Assembly: GCA_009602725.1 (NCBI GenBank) | Contig: WELB01000028.1 | Coordinates: 893,982 to 913,981, forward strand | Length of the DNA stretch: 20,000 bases | Origin: Spirogloea muscicola | Taxonomy: Eukaryota | Direction of reading: 5' to 3' | Shown: in pieces, positions 9,033 to 20,000 of the stretch | Layout of the letters: the number at the start of each line of letters is the position of its first letter | Numbering within the stretch: position 1 is the first letter of the stretch | The notes under the pieces: generated by a model | What the model saw: only the letters and a program-made list of their open reading frames with translations | Databases searched by the model: none | What the model was told of the DNA's origin: nothing | Made by a program: the position numbers and the translations under genes

Positions 9033-10423
9033 ATGGCGACGCCGCGGGAGGTCAGCTTCTTCAAGGCCAAGCTGGCGGAGCAGGCGGAGCGGTACGACGC
9101 CATGGCGGCGTGCATGGGCGAGGTGGCGCAGGCCGCCGGCGGCGGGGACCTGACGCCGGCGGAGCGCAGCCTGTTCGCGACGGCGTTCAAGAAGGTGGCG
9201 GGCGCGCGGCGCTCGTCGTGGCGCATCATCTCGTCCATCGAGCAGCGGCAGCGCGGCCAGGGCAACGCCGCGTATGCGGACATCGCGGCGGCAGCCAAGG
9301 CGGAGGTGGCGGCGGAGCTCGTCCAGATCACCGACGGTGTGCTGCACATCCTGGACTCCACGCTCATCCCCACCGCGGCCTCGGGCGAGTCCAAGGCCTT
9401 CTTCCTTAAGATGAAGGCCGACTACCACCGCTACCTGGCCGAGATCTCCCCGCCGGACGGCCGCCAGGGCCCGATCGAAGGCGCCACCCAGGCGTATGCA
9501 TCCGCCCAGGTGAGCTCCCTGACGCCACTGCTCCACGGCCGTAGCATTATCGTTTGGAATCTCGCAGTATTTCAACGCAAGGCAATGCCTTTCGTCAGGT
9601 ATATGTTGACTTGATGATTGTCCGCTAATTTTTAGCATGCAAGCAATCCAATGTTCTCAGTACTGAGAGAAACTGTGAGCATTATTGGCCACGAATTCTT
9701 ATGTGCAGGAGATAGCGCGAGCAGAGCTGCCTGCGACCAACTCAATCCGGCTGGGTCTTGCCCTCAATTCGTCAGCATTCCAATTTGAGATACTCAAGAA
9801 CCAAGAGCAAGCATGCACAACCGCCAGACAGGCCAGTGACAGAGGCGCCTCAGTAGCAGCTAAAGAATTATTGCTATTTGCGTATTGAGATAAGGAGCAC
9901 ATTGTCATTGTCAGGTATCATTGTCAACCCAGGTGCACTGGGGTGTACCGCAGGTCTCTTTTCTGCATGCCAATTGATATCAGTAACTCAAGTGCATCTC
10001 CACATGCTTGGTGATGGATGTCCAGAAGCTCATGCTGCTGCACAAGCTGTTGCAGGCACTGGAGGATGCCAATGCAGAGTTGGAGAACTCTACGCAACCC
10101 ACTCAAGAGGATGACAGCGTGCTGATTCTGCAGCTTCTGCAGGACAATCTGCAGAATTGGTCACCTGCAGAGCCTGTATGAACAAGGGCCCTCTCTTCAG
10201 TTAATTCGTGGAATAGATTCCATTGTCCAGAAGACGAATAGGCACGGGCACCATCATGTTTCTTCGCTACGCCACACTGAGAGCCTTGTGCCAAGCTAAC
10301 CATTTTTTGGGTACTGCGCAGGAGCAAAAAGAAGGTGAAATTTCTGAAGAAGCTCCGACGGGCGCAGCAGGTGTAGCACGCCCAGCAGGCACTACAGGCT
10401 CAGATGCTCCAAAAGGCCGTTAA
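9033..10423 (+). CDS. Divergent 14-3-3 protein (~273 aa). Exons 9033-9509, 9709-9831, 10056-10175, 10322-10423
   Basis: [59 protein letters not shown]. Same three intron positions as the neighbouring 14-3-3; intron 2 needs a GC donor at 9832. Confidence 0.9.
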
Positions 10424-11954
10424 AGAGCTGCTACCTGCTACTGCTCAGGACTCAGGTACGGTCCAGCTATCACCTCATTAAAGTAGCTTAACTGATTTCT
10501 TACACTTTTCTTCTGAGGTGGCTCGGGCCTGGTTGACCAACCTCAGTACACATGAGTTGCTCTTGTCAGGTACACTACAGTGGTGTCGTAGTTGTTGAGC
10601 AGACAGACGAATGCCCTTTCTCACTAGCCTATGGAGCAGTCCCCGCGCTCATATGCAGCACAAGTGTAGGATGACGCTTGCCTGCCACTGCTGGGCATGA
10701 CTTATGGCATAGGTGCGTATGACGCCATAAGTGGCCCTGATATGCAGTTGTCAAGTTGATAGGCATTTGTGCCTTTGTCCGCTAGCATAGAAGCCCATGT
10801 AGCACTCTTTGTACTTTCATATATCCATGAACAGCAAAAGCTATGGGGTGCAGCAACAGGTGATTGGTGGTGATTACAGCTGGACATCATTAGCTGGCGT
10901 GCAATGTGGGATAACATTGTGCTGGAGACTTAGGCCCCTTTGCACTCCATCGCTGTCTACCTATGCTCTTCACATGTTGCATGAGTGCATTCATGGCAAG
11001 GGGGCATGCTTAGCTTCGCAGCATACTGAGAAACGAGGCTTCCTTGTAGCGATGAAGAGCAACTTCTTGGACCCTACGTTGGTCGTGCAACACTGAGAAG
11101 ACCAGCTACAGCATACAGATTGAAAACGGGCTCTTTCAAAGGGGACGAGGGAGCGCTATGAAAACTTAGCCCAGGAAAAATGGACAAGATCCAATGGGCT
11201 GACAGGAGCTAACTGACACGGCTATGCAAGTGGCTACAGCAATATGGAGCTAAGTAACAGCGTGTAAACGGCAGCCGCACGTTGGGGCTTGCTGCTGGAA
11301 AAGAGTCATCCCGACAAAACCAAGGAGCAGCAGTCAAAGCACGGCCTGCCTGCAAGTGTACAGGATGAGTACAGATAGGGCAGCAGAGGATGCAGTAGCA
11401 GAGAGCTTCAGGCCAGGATGCTAGGGTTGCAAATTCATCCTCCTTCACCGGGTCAGCAAATTCACCAAGCGATGTTGCACCCCTTCAGGGGAGAAGGTGG
11501 CTTCGACAGAGAACTGTGGATGCCAGAGTGCTTAAAACCCAGTCAGCAGAAGTCCCGCATGCATGCGACAAGTGTGCGTGCCTGCGTGTGCTTGTGCCCG
11601 TGCCTGTCTGCGCGTGTCCTTGTGCATGTGCGTGTGCAAGACAAGAGGTTGTTGAACAAGCTGGACGAGCTCTAATTGTATGAGGAACTAGAAGAAGAAA
11701 GTGGCAGCTCATATGGATAGTCAAGAGCAGCTGTGAGAGCCATCCAATGGATCATGGGCCTGCAAGTGCTTGTCACAGGATTGCCATATCACTCTTGATC
11801 AGCCTCCAATAAGTATGCTGAGAGAAAGCGAGTGGTTGTCCACCCCGTGGAAGCCCGATTGCTGCTCTACTGAGATGGCTCTAGAGACGTGGTCAGGCAG
11901 CCCCCCGAGAAAGGCTAGGCTGGCAGCCCCCACAAGAAGCAGCTCGTCCAGAGA

Positions 11955-12452
11955 GAAAGACACTTCCAGTAGAAGGGCGATGGTTGTGAGTTGCAGAAGA
12001 AGTGCGCGCCCACAGTGGAGGCGAGGGCTGTGAACGCCCGGCCCACAGTAGATGCACTGCAGGTGCACAGGAAAAAGAGTAAAAGAAAGAAGGAAGGAAA
12101 GGAAGCGTATCTAAAAGGGAAAAAGGGTGCTCATTAGGAAACAAAGCAGCTTTGTGTTACTCAGTAACCATAGTTAAGCAGCCTCAGGTCAGAGAAGCTA
12201 GGCTCCTGGAAGTGGGTCCCCTGGCCAGAGCCAGAGGCAGCAGCGAGGGCTCTGCCGGCACGCAGGTGCAGCACGCGGGCCATAGACCTCTGCAGCGAGA
12301 CGGCCAAGCGCATCCGGTACACCTGCGTTAGCGACCCGGCTGCAGGAAAGTCCACCGGCTCCCCATGCAAGCGGCGGACGATGGCGTGGCGGGCGAGCTG
12401 GTTGAGCAGCTCGAGCCACCGAGCGCCCAACGCCCCATGCGTGTCGATGAAG
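11955..12452 (-). mobile_element. 5'-truncated CRE-like non-LTR retrotransposon, subfamily 1: end of RLE ORF (12452-12161), 3' UTR and tail motifs
   Basis: IDTHGALGARWLELLNQLARHAIVRR...QVYRMRLAVSLQRSMARVLHLRAGRALAAASGSG resembles the C-terminus of RLE-type elements (G..G, RL...LQR..A). A pyrimidine-rich UTR and TCACAGCC tail motifs follow on the element strand. Confidence 0.8.
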
Positions 12453-12769
12453 GACTGTTCTATGTTGCTTGATCGCGGGCGTGGATGAAAAGCCGGGGGA
12501 GGTTTTGTGGTGGGGTTGGTTTGGAAACGGCGGCGGGGGGGCCCGTTTCGGGACCGCGCTTGGGAACGGCTGGGAACGGGCTAAAACATAAAAAGAAAGG
12601 GCTCGCCCAGTGAGGATAGGGGCTGGAAAAGCCAGCCCAAAAGAGTAGCGCGTTTCCCCCCGCTTCACTGGGCAGGCGGTTGGGGGGGATACATATCGCG
12701 GACCCCTTTCTCTCTTGGGCCTTTTCCAAAATATATCGGCTGTGTTCGGAACGAAACTTCTACTTCGAC

Positions 12770-13355
12770 TTCTACTCTTTGGAGAGAAGGCGCGCGGTGC
12801 GCATGAGATTGAAAGGGAGGCCAATTCTAGCCTTACAAATGTCCAGTCAACTGGATAATGAGCTGGCTAAGGGGGACACTAATGTCCTCGAGTGAGCACA
12901 TGCATATCTGACAAGCTATACTGAGGCGCCAACCCACCACCACGGAAGCCATTAGCTAATGCACGACCAGCACGCTGGTGTATCGCGAGTGCCTGGGAGC
13001 GCTGTAGACTCAATGATAGCCGCATTCTATAGCATGCAACAATGGCTTGCGGGACGCTAGAATGCCCCAAGCTACCCGCCCGATTACGTCAGGGGGCATC
13101 GACATGCAGTGCCAGGCGATGGAGGAGGGAAGACCACTTCGTTCCGTAGCCGCCGTAGATGTCCATGGCGCATGGGAAGAAGTGGTCGCCCCGGGGGTGG
13201 TCATTGTCGTGCCTCTCCTTCTTCCTCTCTGCATGATGTGTCGCCCAACCTGGCATAGTCGGTGTCAGTGCCCCTGGTTGGAATGCGTCGATGAGAACGA
13301 CGTCGAGGAGAAGACGAGGCCCACCACTCCGGGGGGTGGCCACCACATCCAGACG
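12770..13355 (-). mobile_element. 5'-truncated CRE-like element, subfamily 2, with PD-(D/E)xK RLE domain; premature stop at 13089-13091
   Basis: RLDVVATP...LLLDVVL...AERKKERH...FFPCAMDIYGGYG...*...YRMRLSLSLQRSQALAIHQRAGRALA...SLSDMHVLTRGH*. ORFs 13089-13346 and 12879-13070 share one frame. Confidence 0.82.
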
Positions 13356-13429
13356 CTTTGGAAGGAAAAGCGCAAAGACAATTCAGTTCTCTTTGCGTCT
13401 TCGGCAATCTTACTCCTTGTCCATTTATT

Positions 13430-13708
13430 TGGCCAAATACACCTCAATGCCTTTGCATTGAGAGAGCTGTTCTCTTTCCTCTCACAGCCCCCGCCGCTTT
13501 GGAAAAGAACAGCATTTCCAAATTGACAGCAGTGGCTGTGACAGGCGAGCCCACAGGAGTGGACAAGGTCCGAAAGAAAGTGGCTCTCCCAATGGGGGCA
13601 AGGTCTGAAAGGGTCCTTCTTAGTATGGCCGCTTCAAACCTTGTCAGATTTCTGGGCTGCCTTCTCACAGCCACTGGAGAGCTTCTTCGTGCCCCCATAG
13701 GGAGCGTG
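13430..13708. repeat. Cluster of tail-motif copies in alternating orientation
   Basis: 13430-13510 is the inverse of 8176-8225-type sequence. 13530-13605 carries GTGGCTCTCCCAATGGGGGCAAGG. 13620-13708 is an inverted, diverged copy of the 129-bp unit. Confidence 0.72.
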
Positions 13709-13714
13709 CTCAGG

Positions 13715-14058
13715 CTAATGCTTTGCACCAGAAAGCTGGGCGAGCTCTAGTTGGTGGCAGAAGAAGTGGCTCTCCCAATGAGGGCAAGGGCTGTGAGAAG
13801 CCAGCCCGAAAAGAATTGACAAGGTTCGAAGGGGCCAAACTACGAGCTAAGCAGCGACTGCGGGGCCTGAAGAGGCTATGGCAGAAGGGCTTCGTATCTA
13901 GTATTCAGGCATCGATTAGCGACCTTCATGTTTTGACCCGGTGGTTACTGAGCGGGTCATTCTACTGTAGGGTCTTAAGATGTGCTTGCCTTTGTACTTG
14001 GCCGTTTGGCCTTCGTTTGTCTCAAATACACGAAAGGTTTCAATGGGAGAGCCACTTT
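13715..14058 (+). mobile_element. 3'-end remnant of subfamily-2-like element interrupted by copy 2 of the 129-bp unit (13758-13886)
   Basis: LHQKAGRALVGG...SISDLHVLTR matches IHQRAGRALANG...SLSDMHVLTR. It ends in tail motif CAATGGGAGAGCCACTTT. TGGCAGAAG is repeated at 13755-13763 and 13879-13887. Confidence 0.75.
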
Positions 14059-14588
14059 CTGAAGGAGCCGGATGGCGGGAAGAGCCCCTTCCCTTCTGCT
14101 TTTCCTGCCTCCAACCCCCAAAACTCCAACCCCTGCCAGGTGGCTCCGCCGCGGCCACTGGCCGGCGCGGGGGGAAGCGACAAGGCGGCCCCGCCTGGCC
14201 GGTGGGGGGGGGAAGGGGGAGGTCAAATACCCCCCCTCGCCCCCCCCCAGGCCCGTTGCGGGGCCCTCCCCAGCCGATGCCAAGAATCCCCCCGTCGCGG
14301 CACAATCCGTCGGGGTTTAGCGGGGGAGGGGGAGACACCTCCACCGTCCGATGCGGCGCATCGGACGGGGCGGGTCGGGGGGCGGGGGCCCGCGCCCTTC
14401 CTTGAGGCTCCGCCATAGACGAGGGCGGCAGGTCGAGCCGAGAAGGAGCCCCCCCGCACGCCCCGTTCCCCCGCGCCCCTACCCCCACTGCCAGGGCGCG
14501 GCCACCCGTTTCCTTGCCCGTCAGAAACTCCATTCCCAGCACCCCGTCAGCCCCTCTCCCCCCGTTTCAGGAGGCGCCGCTCGGCGCG

Positions 14589-15794
<1,206 letters not shown>

Positions 15795-16785
15795 AGCAGA
15801 GGGTGACCTGTTCAGAGTAGCTTGGCAGTCACAGTTTCCCTTGCCAAGGCCTAGCCTCATGATGGTGGCAGATTAGCACCGCAGGTCCACCACTAGTACC
15901 AGCAGCTACAGAGGGGTGTTAGGAGGAAGGGTTTGCGACTGAGCTCTTGCAGCGCCAGCAGTGTGTGCTCTGCAGCACAAACATCAACGCCATTGTTGGC
16001 TGCTGTCAGGTGGTTGGACACCAAGGCAATTGTCTTATTACGTCAAAGTGCAAATATCTTGAACACGTTTCCCCGACACTGGGCTTGCCAGCATGAGTCT
16101 TTGCCTACTTCTGATTCACCTGACTGGCCTGGCTCGACCCTAACGTACCCTGTTGTTACAGTTGTCCTAGGCCACCACCATGTCCACTTCGACTTGCTTA
16201 TGCAAACAACATGAGCCGTGACTTCGTTAGGTTGCCAATTTAAGGCATGGTTCCAGCAGATGCCGGCTGTACAAAGTGTACTGTAGATTAACTCTGCCTG
16301 GTTTGGGCTGGCCTTTCACAGCCAGGACACTCTCTCTTCTCTTACCTCATCAAGAAGGTGCTGAGATTTGGATGTAGAGTGTGCTCAACGTCAATTTGTC
16401 AGACGACCACCCGAAAGGCATTTAGCAGTGCTGGCAAGGCCAGCACTCCACCGATTTCTTGACATTGTCTGGTGGCCAACACAGGCACCCTTGGCACTAC
16501 TTTGACAGGAGTTCAGCAGCCTGGGCTTGTGAGCAACAGGCATATTGGCAAGCTTCTTGTGACCCAGTCTTAGTCAATGCACGCAGAAGCTTGGCAATCT
16601 TGCGCGGCTGGCATGTTGCTAGAGGCAAAGGCCACCTTCCAGCTGGCTGAAATGTTGTCAATCCTTTACCACGTGTAGACCACACTCCGTCGCATAGCCT
16701 CGGTGGCATGCCGCTGTGGCAAGTGCAGGAGGAATCAACTCCGTGGTACGGCAGCAGCCGCTGCTTCAAGGGCACATAGTCTCCT

Positions 16786-17291
16786 TTACTCGGAGGCATC
16801 CTGAGCGTCAGCCTTCTTGGGAAAGTTTTTGCACCAGAGCTGGGAGGGAAGCGGCCGGATCGGAGCCAGCGGCCGTTGCTGCAGGCACGGTCAGAACGCG
16901 CTCACATCGTCAGAGAGCGGAGGATGGCGGAGACCTTGCGACGGGCTCCTGCCCGCTAACTGAGGGCCTCGCCCGGTCGACTGGTCCTGAAGTCTGCAGG
17001 GCGCGACCAGGCACTGCAGCCAGGGCGGGAGAAACCCCTGCCCGGCCGCTACGTCCGGAGGAGCTATGCGCATCAAAAGGCCGGGAAGGGTTCTGGAGAA
17101 GAGGCAGCCTGCACCTCGGCTGCCGCGGACGCCATGGCGATGGGAGCAGCGACAGCGGCGATGGCCAGCAGCGCGACCGCAGTGTTGCGGCGCCAGCGCC
17201 GGGGGTCGCAGAACCACCCGCCCGCCGGCGACCAGACGTCCACCGGGTAGCCGGGATGGTGTCCGCCAACGCCGCCGTGGCCGCCTGCCAT
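16786..17291 (-). CDS. NDUFC1: Mitochondrial complex I accessory subunit KFYI/NDUFC1 (NUUM-like), 89 aa. Exons 17291-17115, 16878-16786
   Basis: MAGGHGG...VWSPAGGWFCDPRRWRRNTAVALLAIAAVAAPIAMASAAAE/QRPLAPIRPLPSQLWCKNF matches recalled plant and fungal motifs VWS..GG, WRRNTA, one TM helix and RP.PSQ.WCKNF. Confidence 0.85.
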
Positions 17292-17514
17292 GGCCGCCGC
17301 CGCCGCCGCCGCCGTCGCCGTCGCGGCCGGCGTTTGGAGGCCTACGGTGAGTGCTTGGGGAAGTGAAGCTGGCGAGACGATGGGCGGCGTAAAACCTTGC
17401 CGTCGTCTCGCCGCCACCGCGGGCCAAGAGGGAGGTGTCGTCTCGGGCTGACGGCGGCCGCCGTCTGCGGCTGATGGGGGGGGCGGAGCCCCCGCCGTCT
17501 CGTGCCGTCCCAGG

Positions 17515-17716
17515 AGTGGCTCTCCCGAAGGGGGCAAGGGCTGTGAACAGCCAGCCCGAAAAGCTATCGGCAAAGTTCAAAGGCCAGAAGGCCAGAGGGC
17601 CAGAAGGCCAAGCTCGGCTGGGGCAGACGGCGTCCGCCGGATCGGCCAGGTGGGAAGGGGGGGCGCCCCAACCCCGTCGGCGGAAGTGGCTCTCCCAATG
17701 GGGGCAATGGCTGTGA
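17515..17716 (-). repeat. Two tail-motif copies
   Basis: AGTGGCTCTCCCGAAGGGGGCAAGGGCTGTGAACAGCCAGCCCGAAA at ~17515 and AAGTGGCTCTCCCAATGGGGGCAATGGCTGTGA at ~17684. Confidence 0.8.
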
Positions 17717-17759
17717 TAAGCGCGAACAACTCCGTGGCGTCTCGTCTCGCCGTCCCTGG

Positions 17760-17919
17760 CAGGCCATCGAGCGGCGGCCGGGTTTGCCAGGCTGCGATGC
17801 TGCCGGCTCCCTCGCCCAGGTATTTCGTATGAGGCTGGCGGTCTCGTTCGCTTCAGTGCTCTTTGGCTCACGCGGTCCACACACAGGCTGGCCGCGCTAT
17901 GGCTGCCGCCTCAGGGTCT
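17760..17919 (+). mobile_element. 3'-end remnant of subfamily-1-like element with a 4-nt frameshift, abutting the intact element
   Basis: AIERR...AAGSLAQVFRMRLAVS[+TTCG]LQCSLAHAVHTQAGRAMAAASGS aligns to AIVRR...AAGSLTQVYRMRLAVSLQRSMARVLHLRAGRALAAASGS at 12.2-12.4 kb. Confidence 0.82.
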
Positions 17920-18044
17920 CGGCGGAATGCCGCTTTCCTGCTTCGAGGCGCAGCGAGGGTGGCGTGGCCACTGCCGCCACTTCCCGGGGCGGAGACGGCC
18001 CGAGTACGAGCGAGGCGGCCCCTGCTCCTCCAACTGTCCCTCCT

Positions 18045-20000
18045 ATGTCCACCATCCCGGCACCCACCATTCCGGCGACTACCGCTGCCGCTGCCGTTGT
18101 TGCTGCTGTTGCCGCTTCTGCTGCCACTACCGCCGACGTGGCTCCTTTAAGCCCAAGTGGTTCCAGTAACAGGCGCAGGAGGGGTCGTCGGCCCCAGCCC
18201 CCGATGGCTTCAGCCCTCCCGCCTCTCCTTCCTACTCCCGCCATCCCTGCAGCTGCAGCGGCTGCATCCACACGCTCTGCTGCTACCGCTGTCCCCCAAA
18301 TCTGCCAGTACTGCCAGCACCCCTGGCCTAGCCTGCGGAGCGTTCGCATGCACGAGAGCCACTGTTCCAGGAAGGCCAATCGCGCCAAGCAGCAGACCCA
18401 AGCCCTTGCTGAGGCCGCTAACCAACGACGGCAGCCCGGCACCCCAGCCCCGACACCCCCTCCCCCAGCTCCCTCGCCGGCTCAGTGGCGTTGGGCAAGG
18501 CTCCTGGACCTAGATGCGGTCATGCTGGAACCCAGTCTGCCCACCTTGCGGCACATTCCCCACTGGGCACGGCCGCACATCCAGCGAGCCTCGCGGCCCC
18601 TACTCACTCGGATGGCTCGGAACAGCTTCGACGAAGCTGCGTGGACTGTCTGGCACCTCCTCCCTCGCCTAGTCCTGGGACCCCTTCCAAGTGGCCCAAG
18701 CCGACGCGCGGTGATGCTAGCCAGGATTCAGCGTTTTGAGGGCGGTGCATGGGAGCAGCTCCTGGAGGAGCATCGCACAGCTGTCCAGGTGTCCCAGGCG
18801 AATTTGCCCACCCCAGCCACCTCAGAGGCTTCAGCTGTCCGCCGAGCCATTCGTTTCGTCCGCGCAGGGGACCTTTCCCGAGCTGCCCAAGCTCTGGACC
18901 CAGCCACCCCAGCACCTCACGACGCAGAGACCCTTGCTGCTCTCCAGACCCTCCACCCCCCTGCCCCAAGCTCCCTACCCCCCTGGCTCGAGGAGTTTCA
19001 GCCCCCGACCATGGTGGACCTCAATCCAGAAGCTCTTCGGACAGCGCTGGTGCAGAGCCGGAAAGCAGCGGCTGGAGGGCCCTCGGGCATGCTCTTCGAA
19101 CACCTTCGAGAGCTCTGGCTCGACGACGAGGCGGGTGACTTCAGTCTGCTGCACAAAGTGTGCCAAGCGGTTGCGCGCGGCCTCCTCCCACCCAAGGCCC
19201 GGGCGGCACTCACCAGCAGCACCCTGCTCGCTCTCTCCAAGCCCACCGGGGGCGTCCGACCAATTGCGATGGGCGAGGTCATTACCCGACTGGTTTCAAA
19301 AACCCTATTCCAGCAGAACAGAGAGGGGGCGCAGCTCCACTTCTCTCCACACCAGTTTGGCGCAGGGCTGTCTGCGGGCGCGGAGACAGTGGTTCATGGT
19401 CTACGTGTTGCCCTAGACTGCAATCCCGATTGGATGGCTCTATCTGTGGACGTGAAGAATGCCTTTAACAGTGTTGACAGAGGTGTCATCGCCGAGGAGC
19501 TGCGCACGCATTTTCCCTCCCTCATCCCTTTCTTCCGGTGTTCCTACGGAGCACCCTCCCGACTGCTCTGGGGAGCGGGCACGTCACAGGTGGTCTTGCA
19601 ATCCAGCACAGGCACCCGGCAGGGAGACCCTTTGGGCGGGTTCCTCTTTGCATTGGCACACCTACGTGCGCTGCGTAATACGGCGAAGGCCCACCCTGCC
19701 GTGCTAATCCCAAGCTACGCCGACGACACCACCCTGGTGGGACCCCCAACTGAAGTCACCAGCGCTTACAGCACGTTGGAGCGCGAGCTTCACAGCCTCG
19801 GCCTCAGCATCCGGCCCGAGAAGTGTTCAGCCTGGTCTCCAGCCGGCATCCCTCCCTCCAGCAAGCTGCCGGCCGGGTGCCAGACCCCACCACTCGGCAT
19901 GGTGGTGCTTGGAGCCCCGTTGGGGGCTGCTGCGCATGTGGAGCAAGTTGTGGAGTCCACCCTTGAGAACCATCTCCGGACCCTCCCGGCCCTCCCCTCC
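18045..20000 (+). mobile_element. Intact ORF of a CRE-like non-LTR retrotransposon (N-terminal C2HC zinc finger + reverse transcriptase), runs off the window
   Basis: Hand translation shows no stops from 17547 to 20000. Motifs: CQYC-x12-H-x3-C (18303-18365), GDLSRAAQAL, ETLAALQTLHP, AGGPSG, KPTGGVRPIAMGE, QFGAG, SVDVKNAFNSV, GTRQGDPLG, YADD (19716-19727), GLSIRPEKC, VLGAPLG. No APE domain upstream. Start codon uncertain (17829, 18045 or 18204). Confidence 0.92.

Noticed and set aside
8618..9638. Minus-strand 258-aa and 225-aa ORFs
   Set aside because: Antisense shadows of the 14-3-3 exon 1, caused by strong GC3 bias. The same applies at 14547-15080.
11570..11640. Degenerate (TG/GTGC)n tract
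   Set aside because: Ordinary low-complexity microsatellite.
12700..12745. U2 snRNA-like 5' sequence (CCTTTCTC..GGCCTTTT) as a possible target site
   Set aside because: The match is short and gapped, and lacks the GTAGTA branch-pairing region and Sm site.
13723..14542. Long GC-rich ORFs (231 aa, 208 aa and others)
   Set aside because: They read through repeat fragments and G/C homopolymer-rich sequence that may be low-quality assembly. No recognisable domain.
16891..17880. 329-aa minus-strand ORF
   Set aside because: It spans the KFYI exon in another frame plus repeat fragments. Arg/Gly-rich chance ORF.
17920..18045. HDV-like or hammerhead ribozyme at the 5' end of the RT element
   Set aside because: I could not identify the nested pseudoknot or CUGANGA/GAAA core by eye. 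An Infernal/RNArobo search would be needed.

Overview
Eukaryotic, intron-rich DNA from the green-plant lineage (streptophyte alga-like; inferred from gene orthologues, GC-rich first exons and (GCC)n leaders). Host genes: the 3' part of a pseudouridine-5'-phosphate glycosidase whose last intron is a U12-type AT-AC intron; a partial uncharacterised minus-strand gene; a plant non-canonical nucleotidyltransferase (cut off near an assembly N at 3194) head-to-head with an RBM7-like RRM gene; two tandem 14-3-3 genes (one canonical, one strongly diverged); and complex I subunit KFYI/NDUFC1. The intergenic and intronic space is dominated by a CRE-like, RLE-endonuclease non-LTR retrotransposon system. 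It comprises one intact zinc-finger + RT ORF running off the right edge (missed by the ORF track), several 5'-truncated 3'-end remnants of at least two subfamilies, and roughly 15-17 copies of a short hairpin-containing motif that appears to be the elements' 3' tail. Several junctions fall just after the same 'AGRAL..SGS' codons of older copies, suggesting self-targeted, nested insertion.
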